Shown: piece by piece, positions 19,564 to 30,140 of the stretch | Position numbering within the stretch: the first letter of the stretch is position 1 | Layout of the letters: every line of letters starts with the position of its first letter | DNA from: an uncultured Candidatus Rokubacteria bacterium | Lineage (GTDB): Bacteria; Methylomirabilota; Methylomirabilia; Rokubacteriales; DASRDR01 | Assembly (NCBI GenBank): GCA_963826115.1 | Contig: CAWGVS010000005.1 | Location: 960,001-1,024,000, forward strand | Direction: 5' to 3' | Length of the DNA: 64,000 bases | Translations under genes and position numbers: made by a program | The notes under the pieces: generated by a model | What the model saw: only the letters and a program-made list of their open reading frames with translations | The model's database searches: none | Told to the model about the DNA's origin: nothing

Positions 19564-20664
19564 TCAGCGGTAGAGCGCTTCCAGCTCCTGGATCACCCGG
19601 TCGGCCATCGCGGTCGTGCCGACCAGCGAGGTCCCGGGAGTGTGGATGTCCTTGGTCCGGTGCCCGGCTGCGAGCGTGCGCTCCACGGCCTGCTCCACGC
19701 GTTCCGCGTCGGTCGGGCGGCCGAGGGAGTAGCGCAGCAGCATCCCGACCGACAGGATCGCGGCCAGCGGGTTGGCGATCCCCCGACCCGCGATGTCGGG
19801 CGCCGTGCCGTGGATTGGCTCGTAGAGCCCCACCGGGCGCTCCCCTCGCGCCTCGCCGAGGCTCGCCGACGGCAGCATGCCCATCGAGCCCGCGATGATC
19901 GCCGCCTCGTCCGACAGGATGTCGCCGAACGTGTTCTCGGTCACGATCGTGTCGAACCGCCGCGGGTCGGCCACGAGTGCCATCGCGCAGTTGTCCACCA
20001 GCAGATGGTCGAGCTGGACGTCCGGGTATCCGCGCCCGACGTCCGTGACGATCTCGCGCCAGAGCTGCGACACCACCAGCACGTTCGACTTGTCGACCGA
20101 GGTCAGCTTGCGCCGCCGGCCGCGGGCGACCCGGAACGCGAGCTCCGCGATCCGCTGGATCTCCCGCGCGGTGTACACCATCGTGTTGACCCCGCGCCGG
20201 GCGTCCCCGCTGCCCTCGATGCCTCGCGGCTCGCCGAAGTAGAGGCCCCCGGTCAGCTCGCGGATCACGAGAAGGTCCGCGCCCTCGACGATCGAGCGCT
20301 TGAGCGGCGAGCTGTCCACCAGCATCGGGTAGAGGCGGGCGGGGCGCAGGTTCGCGTAAAGGTCCAGCTCCTTGCGGATGAGCAGGATGCCGCGCTCGGG
20401 TCGCTGCTCGGGGCGGAGGTGGTCCCACTTGGGCCCGCCCACCGCGCCGAACAGGATCGCGCTCGCGTCCCGGCAGATCCGGAGGGTCGCCGGCGGGAGC
20501 GGCGTCCCCTGGGCGTCGATCGCCGCGCCGCCGATCAGGCCCTCCTCGAGCTCGAGCTCGAGCCCGCTCTCCTTGGCCACCACGCCGAGCACCCGCGAGG
20601 CCTCGGCGGTGACCTCCACGCCGATGCCGTCGCCCGGCAGGACCGCGATCCGATGCGTCGTCAT
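19564..20664 (-). CDS. leuB: 3-isopropylmalate dehydrogenase
   Basis: LPGDGIGVE, GAVGGPKWD, RELTGGLYFG, NTFGDILSDEA, EPIHGTAPDIAG. Confidence 0.96.
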   Translation of the reverse strand: MTTHRIAVLPGDGIGVEVTAEASRVLGVVAKESGLELELEEGLIGGAAIDAQGTPLPPATLRICRDASAILFGAVGGPKWDHLRPEQRPERGILLIRKELDLYANLRPARLYPMLVDSSPLKRSIVEGADLLVIRELTGGLYFGEPRGIEGSGDARRGVNTMVYTAREIQRIAELAFRVARGRRRKLTSVDKSNVLVVSQLWREIVTDVGRGYPDVQLDHLLVDNCAMALVADPRRFDTIVTENTFGDILSDEAAIIAGSMGMLPSASLGEARGERPVGLYEPIHGTAPDIAGRGIANPLAAILSVGMLLRYSLGRPTDAERVEQAVERTLAAGHRTKDIHTPGTSLVGTTAMADRVIQELEALYR

Positions 20665-21477
20665 CTACGTTCCTTCCGGGCCCGGGCCCCGCACGGCCTC
20701 TCGCAGCACCATCGGGGGCGCCGGCTCGCGCTGCCGCAGCAGCAGCCAGCGCACGGGTCCCGAGGCGGCGTACGCGGAGAACAGCACGAACACCGCGACG
20801 TCGGGCTGCGCGAACACGATCAGGATGCCGAGCGCCACGACCAGCAGCACGCCGAAGGGGTGCCGCTTGGCGAAGTTCAGGTCCTTGAACGAGTAGTAGC
20901 GGATGTTGGAGATCATCAGGAACGCGATCACGTATGTGGCGCAGGCGATCGCGAAGAGCTCCGAGCGCCCGAAGTTCCGCTCGTCGAGGAACACGACGGT
21001 CGACGCGACCACCCCCGCCGCGCCGGGGATCGGCAGGCCGATGAAGTACCGCCGGTCGGTGACGCCCGTCAGGACGTTGAACCGCGCGAGCCGGAGCGCC
21101 CCGCAGATCACGTACAGGAACGCCGCGCCCGCGCCTACCCGCCCCAGCGGCTGGAGCGCCCACGAGTACAGAAGGAGGCCCGGGGCCACCCCGAACGACA
21201 CGACGTCGGCCAGGGAGTCGAACTCCACGCCGAACTGGGTGGTGGTGCGCGTGAGGCGCGCGACCTTCCCGTCCAGCATGTCGAGCACCATGCCGATGAA
21301 GAGCGCGAGCGCCGCCCACTGGTGCCGGCCGTCGAACGTCAGCACGATCGAGTAGAACCCGCAGAGCAGGTTCCCCGTCGTGAGGAGCCCCGGCAGGAGG
21401 AAGATCGTCTGGCGCCGGCGCTCCCGCAGCTCCGACCACCGTCGCCGGCGAAGCGCCGACGGCGGCCGCCGCCTCAC
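20665..21477 (-). CDS. pssA: CDP-diacylglycerol-serine O-phosphatidyltransferase
   Basis: DMLDGKVAR..FGVEFDSLADVVSFGVAP, RLARFN, GLPIP. Confidence 0.92.
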   Translation of the reverse strand: MRRRPPSALRRRRWSELRERRRQTIFLLPGLLTTGNLLCGFYSIVLTFDGRHQWAALALFIGMVLDMLDGKVARLTRTTTQFGVEFDSLADVVSFGVAPGLLLYSWALQPLGRVGAGAAFLYVICGALRLARFNVLTGVTDRRYFIGLPIPGAAGVVASTVVFLDERNFGRSELFAIACATYVIAFLMISNIRYYSFKDLNFAKRHPFGVLLVVALGILIVFAQPDVAVFVLFSAYAASGPVRWLLLRQREPAPPMVLREAVRGPGPEGT

Positions 21478-22112
21478 GGCAGCACTCCCATGACGGTCTC
21501 GCCCCCGCGCACCCGGTCGCCGACCTTGACGGAGAGGCGAGCGGAGGCGGGAACGATGAGGTCCGTGCGCGAGCCGAACTTGATGAGGCCGAACCGCTCC
21601 CCCGAACCGAGCTTGTCCCCGGGCCGGACCCGGCAGACGATCCGGCGAGCGAGCACCCCCGCGATCTGGCGCACGACGACACGGGCGGACTCGCCCTGGA
21701 TCGAGATCGTCGTGCGCTCGTTCCGCTCGGAGGCCTCCGCCCGGTAGGCGGCCATCTTCTCCCCCGGACGGTGCTCCACGCCGACCACGAGACCCGCCAG
21801 GGGCGACCGGTTCACGTGGACGTCGAGCGGCGACAGGAAGATCGACACCGCCTGGGCCGGCCCGACGAACGGATCGTCGAGCGAGGCCCGGACGTCCGTC
21901 ACTCGGCCGTCCGCGGGCGCCAGGATCACGCCCGGCCCGCCTGGCGCGGTGCGCTCCGGGTCACGGAAGAAGAACGCCATGAAGACGGTGACCACGCCCA
22001 AAACGACCGCCGCCTTCATCCATCCGGCCCACGCCAGGAGGAGCGCCAGCGCCAGCGGGACGAGGATGAACGCCCACCCCTCCGCGGCGATCGGCAGCAT
22101 CCGTTCCGACAT
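21474..22112 (-). CDS. psd: Phosphatidylserine decarboxylase (short type)
   Basis: FFRDPER, APADG, IFLSPLDVHVNR, QIAG, IKFGSRTD. Confidence 0.92.
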   Translation of the reverse strand: MSERMLPIAAEGWAFILVPLALALLLAWAGWMKAAVVLGVVTVFMAFFFRDPERTAPGGPGVILAPADGRVTDVRASLDDPFVGPAQAVSIFLSPLDVHVNRSPLAGLVVGVEHRPGEKMAAYRAEASERNERTTISIQGESARVVVRQIAGVLARRIVCRVRPGDKLGSGERFGLIKFGSRTDLIVPASARLSVKVGDRVRGGETVMGVLP

Positions 22113-22124
22113 CCGCGACAGCCG

Positions 22125-23132
<1,008 letters not shown>

Positions 23133-23164
23133 CCCTCTGGTCTCCTCGGACGCATCCCGTCCGG

Positions 23165-23773
23165 CTAGTCGGCGAACCCGGTCACGCGCGGGTCCTGGCT
23201 GGGCTCGCTGTCGCGGCGGCGCCGCTGGGCGTCGGCGGCCTTGCCGAGCGGCTCTTCCGCCCGCCGGCGCGCGGTCTTCGAGCCTCGCGCGATGGCCACC
23301 TTGCCCGTGCGAACCAGCTCCTGGATCCCCATGGGCCTCAGGAGCTCGATGATGGCGGTGAGCTTGGACTCTTCTCCGGTGGCCTCGAGCGTGTACGTGG
23401 TGGGCGTCACGTCCACCACCTTCGCCCGGAAGATGTCGGCCACCCGGAGGATCTCGGCCCGATGCTGGGCCTCGGCGTTCACGCGCACCAGCACGAGCTC
23501 GCGCTCGACGTGGTTCTCCTGCGTGAGGTCGGTCACCTTGATGACGTCGATCAGCTTGTGCAGCTGCTTCACGACCTGCTCGAGCACGAACTCGTCACCC
23601 CGCACCACGAGCGTCATGCGGGAGACGGTCGGGTCCAGGGTCTCTCCGACGGACAGGGACTCGATGTTGTAGCCCCGCGCGCTGAAGAGGCCGGCCACCC
23701 GGGACAGGACGCCGAACTTGTTCTCGACGAGGACCGCGATCGTGTGCTTCCGGATGCCGTGGCCGTTCTGCAC
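23165..23773 (-). CDS. ilvN: Acetolactate synthase small subunit
   Basis: [40 protein letters not shown]. Confidence 0.95.
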   Translation of the reverse strand: MQNGHGIRKHTIAVLVENKFGVLSRVAGLFSARGYNIESLSVGETLDPTVSRMTLVVRGDEFVLEQVVKQLHKLIDVIKVTDLTQENHVERELVLVRVNAEAQHRAEILRVADIFRAKVVDVTPTTYTLEATGEESKLTAIIELLRPMGIQELVRTGKVAIARGSKTARRRAEEPLGKAADAQRRRRDSEPSQDPRVTGFAD

Positions 23774-23782
23774 CGCGGCCTC

Positions 23783-25540
23783 CTAGAAGCCCGTCTGGGA
23801 CTTGGCGGCCTTCGCCTTGACGTCCTTGTTGGGGCGCTCGAGGAGCATGTCCTTGTTCGCCCCGCCTGCCGGCACCATCGGGAAGCAGAACTCGTTCTTG
23901 TCGACCATCACGTCGACCAGGACGGGCCCGGGGATCGCGAACGCCTTCTCCAGCGCCGGCACCACCTCGTTCGGCTTCGACGCGCGGATGCCGACCGCCC
24001 CGTACGCCTCGGCCAGCTTGACGAAGTCGGGGCTCGCCGACAGGTCGATCGAGTGGAACCGGCCGCCGTAGATGATGTCCTGCCACTGGCGGACCATCCC
24101 GTGGCCGCCGTTGTTGATCACCACCGTCTTGATCGGGAGCTGGTTCTCGACGATCGTCGCGAGCTCCTGGGAGCTCATCACGAAGCTCCCGTCGCCGTCG
24201 ACGAGCACCACGAGCCGGTCCGGCCGTCCCACCTGAGCGCCGATGGCCGCCGGGAGCCCGTAGCCCATCGTCCCGAGCCCGCCAGAGGTCAGCCAGTGCC
24301 TCGGGTGGCGGAAGCGATAGTGCTGGGCCGCCCACATCTGGTGCTGCCCCACCCCGGTGACGATGATCGCCTCGCCCTTGGTGAGGTTGGAGATCTCCTC
24401 CACGACGTACTGGGGCTTGATCAGCTCGTCGTCCCAGTCGTAGCGGAACGGGTGCTTCTGGAGCCACTGGCCAAGCTGCCGAAGCCACTGCTCGCGCGCG
24501 TCCCGGACCGCGGCCCCGGCGGGGCCGGCGCTCTCCTGGCGGACGGCCTCGACCAGCTGGGCCAGCACCCTTCGGGCGTCGCCCACGATCGGCACGTGCA
24601 CCTTGATGTTCTTGGAGATCGAGGACGGGTCGACGTCGATGTGGATGATCTCCGCCTGCGGCGCGAACTGGTCGACCTTCCCGGTCACGCGGTCGTCGAA
24701 CCGGGCCCCCACGGCGATCAGGCAGTCCGCGTTGTAGACGGCCATGTTCGGCGCGTAGCCGCCGTGCATGCCGAGCATGCCGAGCGACAGCGGGTGGTCC
24801 GACGGGAACGCGCCCAGCCCCATGAGCGTGGTCGTCACGGGGATCCGCGTCATCTCGGCGAGCTCCCGGAGCTCTTTGGACGCGTCCGCCCCGATGACCC
24901 CGCCGCCGACGTACAGGACCGCGCGGCGCGCGCGCATCATCGCCTTCGCCGCCTTCTTCACTTGGCCCGGGTGCCCCTCGAACGTCGGGTTGTACGACCG
25001 GAGGTGGACTTTATCCGGGTACTCGAAGTCGGCCTGCTTCATCAGGACGTCCTTCGGCAGGTCGACGTGCACGGGACCGGGGCGGCCGGTGGCCGCGATG
25101 TGGAACGCCTCGCGGATCACCGGCGCGATGTCCTTGATGTCCTTCACGAGGTAGTTGTGCTTGGTGCACGGGCGCGTGATGCCGACGTTGTCGGCCTCCT
25201 GGAAGGCGTCGTTGCCGATGAGGTGCGTCGGCACCTGCCCCGTGAAGGCGACGATGGGCATCGAGTCCATGTACGCGTCCTGGAGGGCCGTGACCAGGTT
25301 GGTCGCCGCCGGACCGGACGTCACCATGCACACGCCCACCTTGCCGGTCACGCGGGCGTAGGCCTCGGCGGCATGGCCCGCCGCGGCCTCCTGACGGACC
25401 AGCACGTGGCGGAGGGGCCCCGGGAAGTCGTACAGGGCATCGTAGAGGGGAAGGACCGCCCCGCCGGGCAGCCCGAACACGACGTCCACACCCTCACGCT
25501 GAAGCGATTCCAGGACGATGCGCGCGCCTGACATCTTCAT
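23783..25540 (-). CDS. ilvB: Acetolactate synthase large subunit
   Basis: FGLPGGAVL, TSGPAATN, AFQEAD, GMHG, VGQHQMW, GDGSF..NNG; AGGAG RBS before ATG 25540. Confidence 0.96.
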   Translation of the reverse strand: MKMSGARIVLESLQREGVDVVFGLPGGAVLPLYDALYDFPGPLRHVLVRQEAAAGHAAEAYARVTGKVGVCMVTSGPAATNLVTALQDAYMDSMPIVAFTGQVPTHLIGNDAFQEADNVGITRPCTKHNYLVKDIKDIAPVIREAFHIAATGRPGPVHVDLPKDVLMKQADFEYPDKVHLRSYNPTFEGHPGQVKKAAKAMMRARRAVLYVGGGVIGADASKELRELAEMTRIPVTTTLMGLGAFPSDHPLSLGMLGMHGGYAPNMAVYNADCLIAVGARFDDRVTGKVDQFAPQAEIIHIDVDPSSISKNIKVHVPIVGDARRVLAQLVEAVRQESAGPAGAAVRDAREQWLRQLGQWLQKHPFRYDWDDELIKPQYVVEEISNLTKGEAIIVTGVGQHQMWAAQHYRFRHPRHWLTSGGLGTMGYGLPAAIGAQVGRPDRLVVLVDGDGSFVMSSQELATIVENQLPIKTVVINNGGHGMVRQWQDIIYGGRFHSIDLSASPDFVKLAEAYGAVGIRASKPNEVVPALEKAFAIPGPVLVDVMVDKNEFCFPMVPAGGANKDMLLERPNKDVKAKAAKSQTGF

Positions 25541-25671
25541 GGCCGGTCTCCTACTCTCCATGCGGCGTTACCCAACCCCTCGCCGTCGTGCTCGTCGGTT
25601 CCCGTGCCGCCGTCCGTGAAGTATCGGGCGGCGGTCGGCCTCCGCGTGGCGTCGCCGGCAGGTCGCAAAGT

Positions 25672-25707
25672 CTGATCAGGATAGCACCTAAACCCTGATC
25701 GGGTCAA
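25672..25707 (-). promoter_or_regulatory. ilvB promoter with palindromic sites
   Basis: TTGACC-N18-TATCCT with TG extension; CTGATCAG (25672-25679) and CCTGATCGG within or next to the promoter. Confidence 0.55.
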
Positions 25708-25747
25708 TCCGAAACGGGCTTGATGGGAAACGCGGGAGACCGGGCGG

Positions 25748-26512
25748 TCAGCGAGAGGGCCGGCGGGGGCGCCGCTCGGGGGGCGCGTCGGCGCGCCCCA
25801 CGACCAGGCGCTCGACGCCGACCAGGTGCGCCAGCATCGCCTGCTCGGCCTTGCGCGGGTCGCCGGACTCGACGGCCGTCAGGATGTGGCGGTGGTCGCC
25901 GTGCGAGCGCACGGGTCGGCCTGGCTGGGACAGGGACTCCTCCCGGCTCTGGGCGAGGAGGTCCATGAGGGTGGTGACGATCCGGGTGATCGCCCGGTTG
26001 TGGGTCGAGTGGGCAAGCGCGGTGTGGAACGCCGCGTCCTGGGTGAGTCCGGTCCGTCCCGCGGCGACCTCGGCCCCCTGCTGCTCGAGGATGCGGGCCA
26101 TGTCGGCCACCTCCTCGGAGCTCGCCCGGCGCGCGGCCAGGGCGGCGATGGGCGGTTCGAGGAGCCGGCGCGCCTCGTAGAGGTCGGCGATCGTCTCGCG
26201 CTGCGCGAGGATCACGAGGGCGAGCGGCTCGACCAGGGACTCCACCGAGACCTCCCGGACGAACGCGCCCTCCCCGGGGCGGATCCCGATGAGGCCACGG
26301 CTCTCGAGGGCCCGCATCGCTTCCCGCACCGAGGTCCGGCTGACCCGGAACCGCTCCGCCAGGTCGCGCTCCGGCGGGAGCCGGTCCCCGGACTTCAGGT
26401 GCCCGTCCGCGATCAGGAGACGGATCTGGCGGACGATCTCCTCGTAGATGCGGGTGCTTCGGACGGGCTCGAGGCTGGGCCAGTCGACGTCGGAGCTGCG
26501 ACGGCGCGCCAC
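25748..26512 (-). CDS. FadR-subfamily GntR regulator (PdhR/LldR/GlcC-like)
   Basis: GDRLPPERDLAERFRVSRTSVREA HTH; FCD domain DAAFH..HN..H. Confidence 0.92.
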   Translation of the reverse strand: MARRRSSDVDWPSLEPVRSTRIYEEIVRQIRLLIADGHLKSGDRLPPERDLAERFRVSRTSVREAMRALESRGLIGIRPGEGAFVREVSVESLVEPLALVILAQRETIADLYEARRLLEPPIAALAARRASSEEVADMARILEQQGAEVAAGRTGLTQDAAFHTALAHSTHNRAITRIVTTLMDLLAQSREESLSQPGRPVRSHGDHRHILTAVESGDPRKAEQAMLAHLVGVERLVVGRADAPPERRPRRPSR

Positions 26513-26528
26513 GATTCGGCCTCCCCGA

Positions 26529-27260
26529 TCAGCGGCTGGTTCCGGCGCGGACGGCGACCGCCGCTCGGCCGCGGCGCCGGGCCCACGCGCGCCCGACGAC
26601 GATGACGAGGATGGCCAGGGCCCCCTGGCACCCGCGCGTCACGACCGCGTTCGGATGGCCGCCGAGCCATCCCTGCACCATGCGGTCTCCGAGGATCATC
26701 TCGGCGGCCACCCAGCCGAGGATCGCGGCGCCGACGTCCACGATCCACCAGAAGCGCGCCATGAGACGCGCGAGCAGCCCGCTCCCCCAGATGACCAGCG
26801 GGATGGAGAGCCCCACGCCGAAGATGACCAGGACCATGTCCCCGTGCGCCGCACCGGAGATGGCGAGCACGTTGTCGAGGCTCATGATCACGTCGGCCAG
26901 CACGATGATCCAGATGGCCTCGAGGAGCGTGGTGCCGGACCGGACCGACTGGTGCTCCTCCGACTCGCCGTGGCCTTCCTGCGACAGCAGCTTCACCGCG
27001 ATCCAGACGAGGACCAGCCCTCCCACCGCCTGGAGGAGCGGGATCCGGAGGAGCACGCTGATGATCGCGATGAAGACGATGCGGAGCCCGACCGCGCCGA
27101 CCGTTCCCCACAGACGCCCCTGCCACTGCTGGTGCTTCGGGAGCTTCCGGACCGCCAGCGCGATCACGAGGGCGTTGTCGCCGGCGAGCGTGAGGTCGAG
27201 GATCACGATCTGGATCCAGCGGAACCAGAACTCGGTGGTGAGAAGCTCCGCCCAGTTCAC
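26529..27260 (-). CDS. TerC-family (YjbE-like) membrane protein
   Basis: DLTLAGDNALVIALA, LADVIMSLDNVLAI; GTGA overlap with the upstream gene. Confidence 0.88.
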   Translation of the reverse strand: MNWAELLTTEFWFRWIQIVILDLTLAGDNALVIALAVRKLPKHQQWQGRLWGTVGAVGLRIVFIAIISVLLRIPLLQAVGGLVLVWIAVKLLSQEGHGESEEHQSVRSGTTLLEAIWIIVLADVIMSLDNVLAISGAAHGDMVLVIFGVGLSIPLVIWGSGLLARLMARFWWIVDVGAAILGWVAAEMILGDRMVQGWLGGHPNAVVTRGCQGALAILVIVVGRAWARRRGRAAVAVRAGTSR

Positions 27261-28069
27261 CGGACAGGCCTCCGGAACACGCGGATCTCGTCCGACAGCC
27301 CCGCCACGCCCGGCACCTCGCGCGAGATGGCCAAGGCGGCCGCCCGTTCCCCTTCCGACGCCACGATGCCCACCAGCCGCACCTGTCCTTCCGTCGCGTG
27401 CACGTCGAGGTCCACCTGGGCCGTCAGCGGCGTCGCCTTCATGGTCGCGCGGACGCGCGCGGCAAGCGTGCGGTCGGCCAGCGCCTGCCGCGACGCCGTC
27501 GTGGCCCGGAACTCTGCCGCGTCGACCAGGTCCAGGACCTGTCGGACGGCCGTCGCCACACCGACGGTCTCCGTGTTGACGACGAGATCGTACAGGAGGG
27601 GGTCCGTCCAGTCGACATCGAACATCTGCCGCATGCGCGCCCGCACGCCGTCGTCGTACGCGGCGATGCGGCGCGCGGCCTCGTCGGCGTCGATGCCGTG
27701 GCGCTCCATCACCCGGCGCGCCCGCACGGCCGGCGGCGCGCAGACACGCACCCGCACCGCGTGCTGGATGCCGCGCAGGAACAAGGTCGACCAGCGGCCG
27801 ACCAGGACGACGCGATCCACCAGTGCCGCCTCGAGCACCGCCGCCTCGAGGTAGGCCCGGTACCGGAGCCGCGGCCGCCGGAAGCGCTCGACGAATCCCG
27901 GCGCCTCCTCGACCATCCCCACGAGGCGGGACTCCCGCACCCGGTACTCCCGCGCCGCGTCCCGCAGGATGTCGTTCCGCAGGAACTCGTAGCCGAGCCG
28001 CCGGGCCACCTCCTGGGCGATGGGCGAGCCGAGGCTCCCCATCTCCCGCGTCATCGCGACCACCGGCAT
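27257..28069 (-). CDS. Cytidylate-kinase-like protein with C-terminal BON domain
   Basis: TREMGSLG, VLVGRW, RVCAP..R, DPLLYDLVVNT; C-terminal DVHATEGQVRLVG..VPGV. Confidence 0.8.
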   Translation of the reverse strand: MPVVAMTREMGSLGSPIAQEVARRLGYEFLRNDILRDAAREYRVRESRLVGMVEEAPGFVERFRRPRLRYRAYLEAAVLEAALVDRVVLVGRWSTLFLRGIQHAVRVRVCAPPAVRARRVMERHGIDADEAARRIAAYDDGVRARMRQMFDVDWTDPLLYDLVVNTETVGVATAVRQVLDLVDAAEFRATTASRQALADRTLAARVRATMKATPLTAQVDLDVHATEGQVRLVGIVASEGERAAALAISREVPGVAGLSDEIRVFRRPVR

Positions 28070-28081
28070 GGCGGGCGTCCC

Positions 28082-29596
28082 TCAGCCGCGAGTGGCCTCG
28101 GACGGGCGGAGCCGAGGACGCCGCATCAGGGGACCGATGACGGGCAGGAGGAACAGCACGAGGGCCGCCAGGGTGATGGCCCCCGCGATCGGGCGGGTCG
28201 CGAAGATGAGCACCGACCCTTGGGACATGATGAGGCTCTGCCGGAGCGCGTTCTCGGCCAGGTCCCCCAGCACGAGCGCGAGCACGAGGGGCGCCAGCGG
28301 GTAGTCGAGCTTCTTGAACACGTACCCGAGAACGCCGAACCCGAGCATGTACCAGATGTCGAGCATGCTGTTGCTGACGGTGTACGCGCCGATCGCGCAG
28401 ACGAAGACGATCAGGGGCACGAGGACCGCGAACGGGATGCGGAGGATGGCGGCAAACGCCGGCACGAAGAAGAGGACCATCACGACGCCGATGACGTTGC
28501 CCGTGTACATGCTGGCGATCAGGCCCCACACGAACTCGGGCTTCTCCACGAAGAGCATCGGACCGGGCTGGAGGCCCCAGATCAGGAGGCCTCCCAGCAT
28601 GACCGCCGCGGTCGGGGACCCCGGAATGCCGAGGGTGATCATGGGCAGCATCGCCGCGACCCCCGCCGCGTGCGCGGCGGTCTCGGGAGCGACCACGCCC
28701 TCCAGGACCCCCGTGCCGAACTTCTCGGGGTGACGCGAGAACCGGCGCGCGAAGCCGTAGCTCATGAACGAGGCCGGAGTGGCGCCCCCTGGCTTGAACC
28801 CCATCCAGAAGCCGATCATCGCGCTGCGGATGAACGTCCGCCAGTAGCCGGCCAGCTCCCGCCACGTCGCCAGGATGTCCCGAAAGCGCACCCGCGGCGT
28901 GACGCCCCGGAAGTGGAGCCCTTCCTCCACGGTGAGGAAGATCTCGCCGAGGCCGAACAGTCCGATGACGGCCACGATGAACGAGACCCCGCGCATGAGC
29001 TCGACCGAGCCGAACGTCAGCCGGAGGCTGCCGGTGACCACGTCGAGACCGATCGCGCCCAGGATGAAGCCGAGGACGATGGACGCGAATGACTTGATCG
29101 GGCTGCCCCCGCCGAGCCCAATGAAGCTCGAGAAGGTCAGGAGCTGGATGGCGAAGAACTCGGGGGGACCGAACTTCAGCGCGATCTCGGCCAGCGGCTG
29201 GGCGAAGAATGACACGAGCAGGATGGCGAACAGCGCCCCGATGAACGACGAGGTGAAGGCGGCGGTGAGCGCCTGCGCCCCTTTCCCCTGCTTCGCCATC
29301 GGGTAGCCGTCCAGCGTCGTGGCGACGGACCACGGCTCGCCGGGGATGTTGAAGAGGATCGACGTGATGGCTCCGCCGAAGAGCGCCCCCCAGTAGATGG
29401 ACGTCAGCAGGATGATCGCCGACGTCGGCGGCATGGTGAACGTGAGGGGCAGGAGGATCGCCACCCCGTTCGCGCCTCCCAGCCCCGGGAGCACGCCGAT
29501 GATGGTCCCCAGCACGATCCCGATCACCGCCATGACGAGGTTGAACGGCGTGACGGCGATCTGGAAGCCGAGGAGGAGGTGCTCGATCCCGCTCAT
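28082..29596 (-). CDS. tctA: Tripartite tricarboxylate transporter TctA
   Basis: GVLPGLG, NIPGEP, DGYPMA, APETA, LGIPGSPTAA, LQPGP. Confidence 0.95.
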   Translation of the reverse strand: MSGIEHLLLGFQIAVTPFNLVMAVIGIVLGTIIGVLPGLGGANGVAILLPLTFTMPPTSAIILLTSIYWGALFGGAITSILFNIPGEPWSVATTLDGYPMAKQGKGAQALTAAFTSSFIGALFAILLVSFFAQPLAEIALKFGPPEFFAIQLLTFSSFIGLGGGSPIKSFASIVLGFILGAIGLDVVTGSLRLTFGSVELMRGVSFIVAVIGLFGLGEIFLTVEEGLHFRGVTPRVRFRDILATWRELAGYWRTFIRSAMIGFWMGFKPGGATPASFMSYGFARRFSRHPEKFGTGVLEGVVAPETAAHAAGVAAMLPMITLGIPGSPTAAVMLGGLLIWGLQPGPMLFVEKPEFVWGLIASMYTGNVIGVVMVLFFVPAFAAILRIPFAVLVPLIVFVCAIGAYTVSNSMLDIWYMLGFGVLGYVFKKLDYPLAPLVLALVLGDLAENALRQSLIMSQGSVLIFATRPIAGAITLAALVLFLLPVIGPLMRRPRLRPSEATRG

Positions 29597-29603
29597 CGCC
29601 CCC

Positions 29604-30068
29604 TCAGTACCCGAGCCGCGTCTCGAGCGGCCCCTTCGGCAACGGGACCAGGAACCACACCTCGAAGATCAGGAAGGTCACCACCGGGATCCCGATCGCG
29701 ACCAGCAGGGTCGTGATCCACCGGTGCCGGCCGATCCATCGCATGTAGCTGGCGAGGTAGAGCGCGCCGCTCACGTACAGCCCGAGGACGTGGGTGAGGA
29801 TCACCATGCCCACGGCGGGAAAGAAGACCGTGGCCACCGAGCGCATCTGCGGGCCGGTCACGAACCGCGCGGTCGGCGAGCCGCGCCGGACCGCTCCGAC
29901 CACCACGATGGCCGCGGAGGCGAGGAGGGCCGCGCCCAGGTAGAAGACGAAGAATCCGGGGCGCGGCCCGTCGGTGCTCCAGCGGATGCCGAGCCCGAGG
30001 CCCTCGACCATCACGACGGCCGCGACGACCGCCAGGACCACGCCGCAGACGATGTCAGCCGTGCGCAC
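29604..30068 (-). CDS. tctB: Tripartite tricarboxylate transporter TctB
   Basis: Four to five TM helices, GPRPGFF, FEVWFLVPLPKG. Confidence 0.88.
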   Translation of the reverse strand: MRTADIVCGVVLAVVAAVVMVEGLGLGIRWSTDGPRPGFFVFYLGAALLASAAIVVVGAVRRGSPTARFVTGPQMRSVATVFFPAVGMVILTHVLGLYVSGALYLASYMRWIGRHRWITTLLVAIGIPVVTFLIFEVWFLVPLPKGPLETRLGY

Positions 30069-30140
30069 GCGGCATCTCTCCTTGAGGGTCGTCAGGATCG
30101 CGGCGCCCCGCCGCGGGGACGAGGCGCCGCTTCGGTGCGA

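Noticed and set aside
20665-22112. psd-pssA inside the ilv/leu operon
   Set aside because: The ilvC-psd-pssA arrangement is known from many proteobacteria and is not novel.
26529-29333. 934-aa ORF that looks like a giant TerC fusion
   Set aside because: Only the part from 27260 is TerC; the rest is an off-frame overlap of the tctA and Cmk-like genes.
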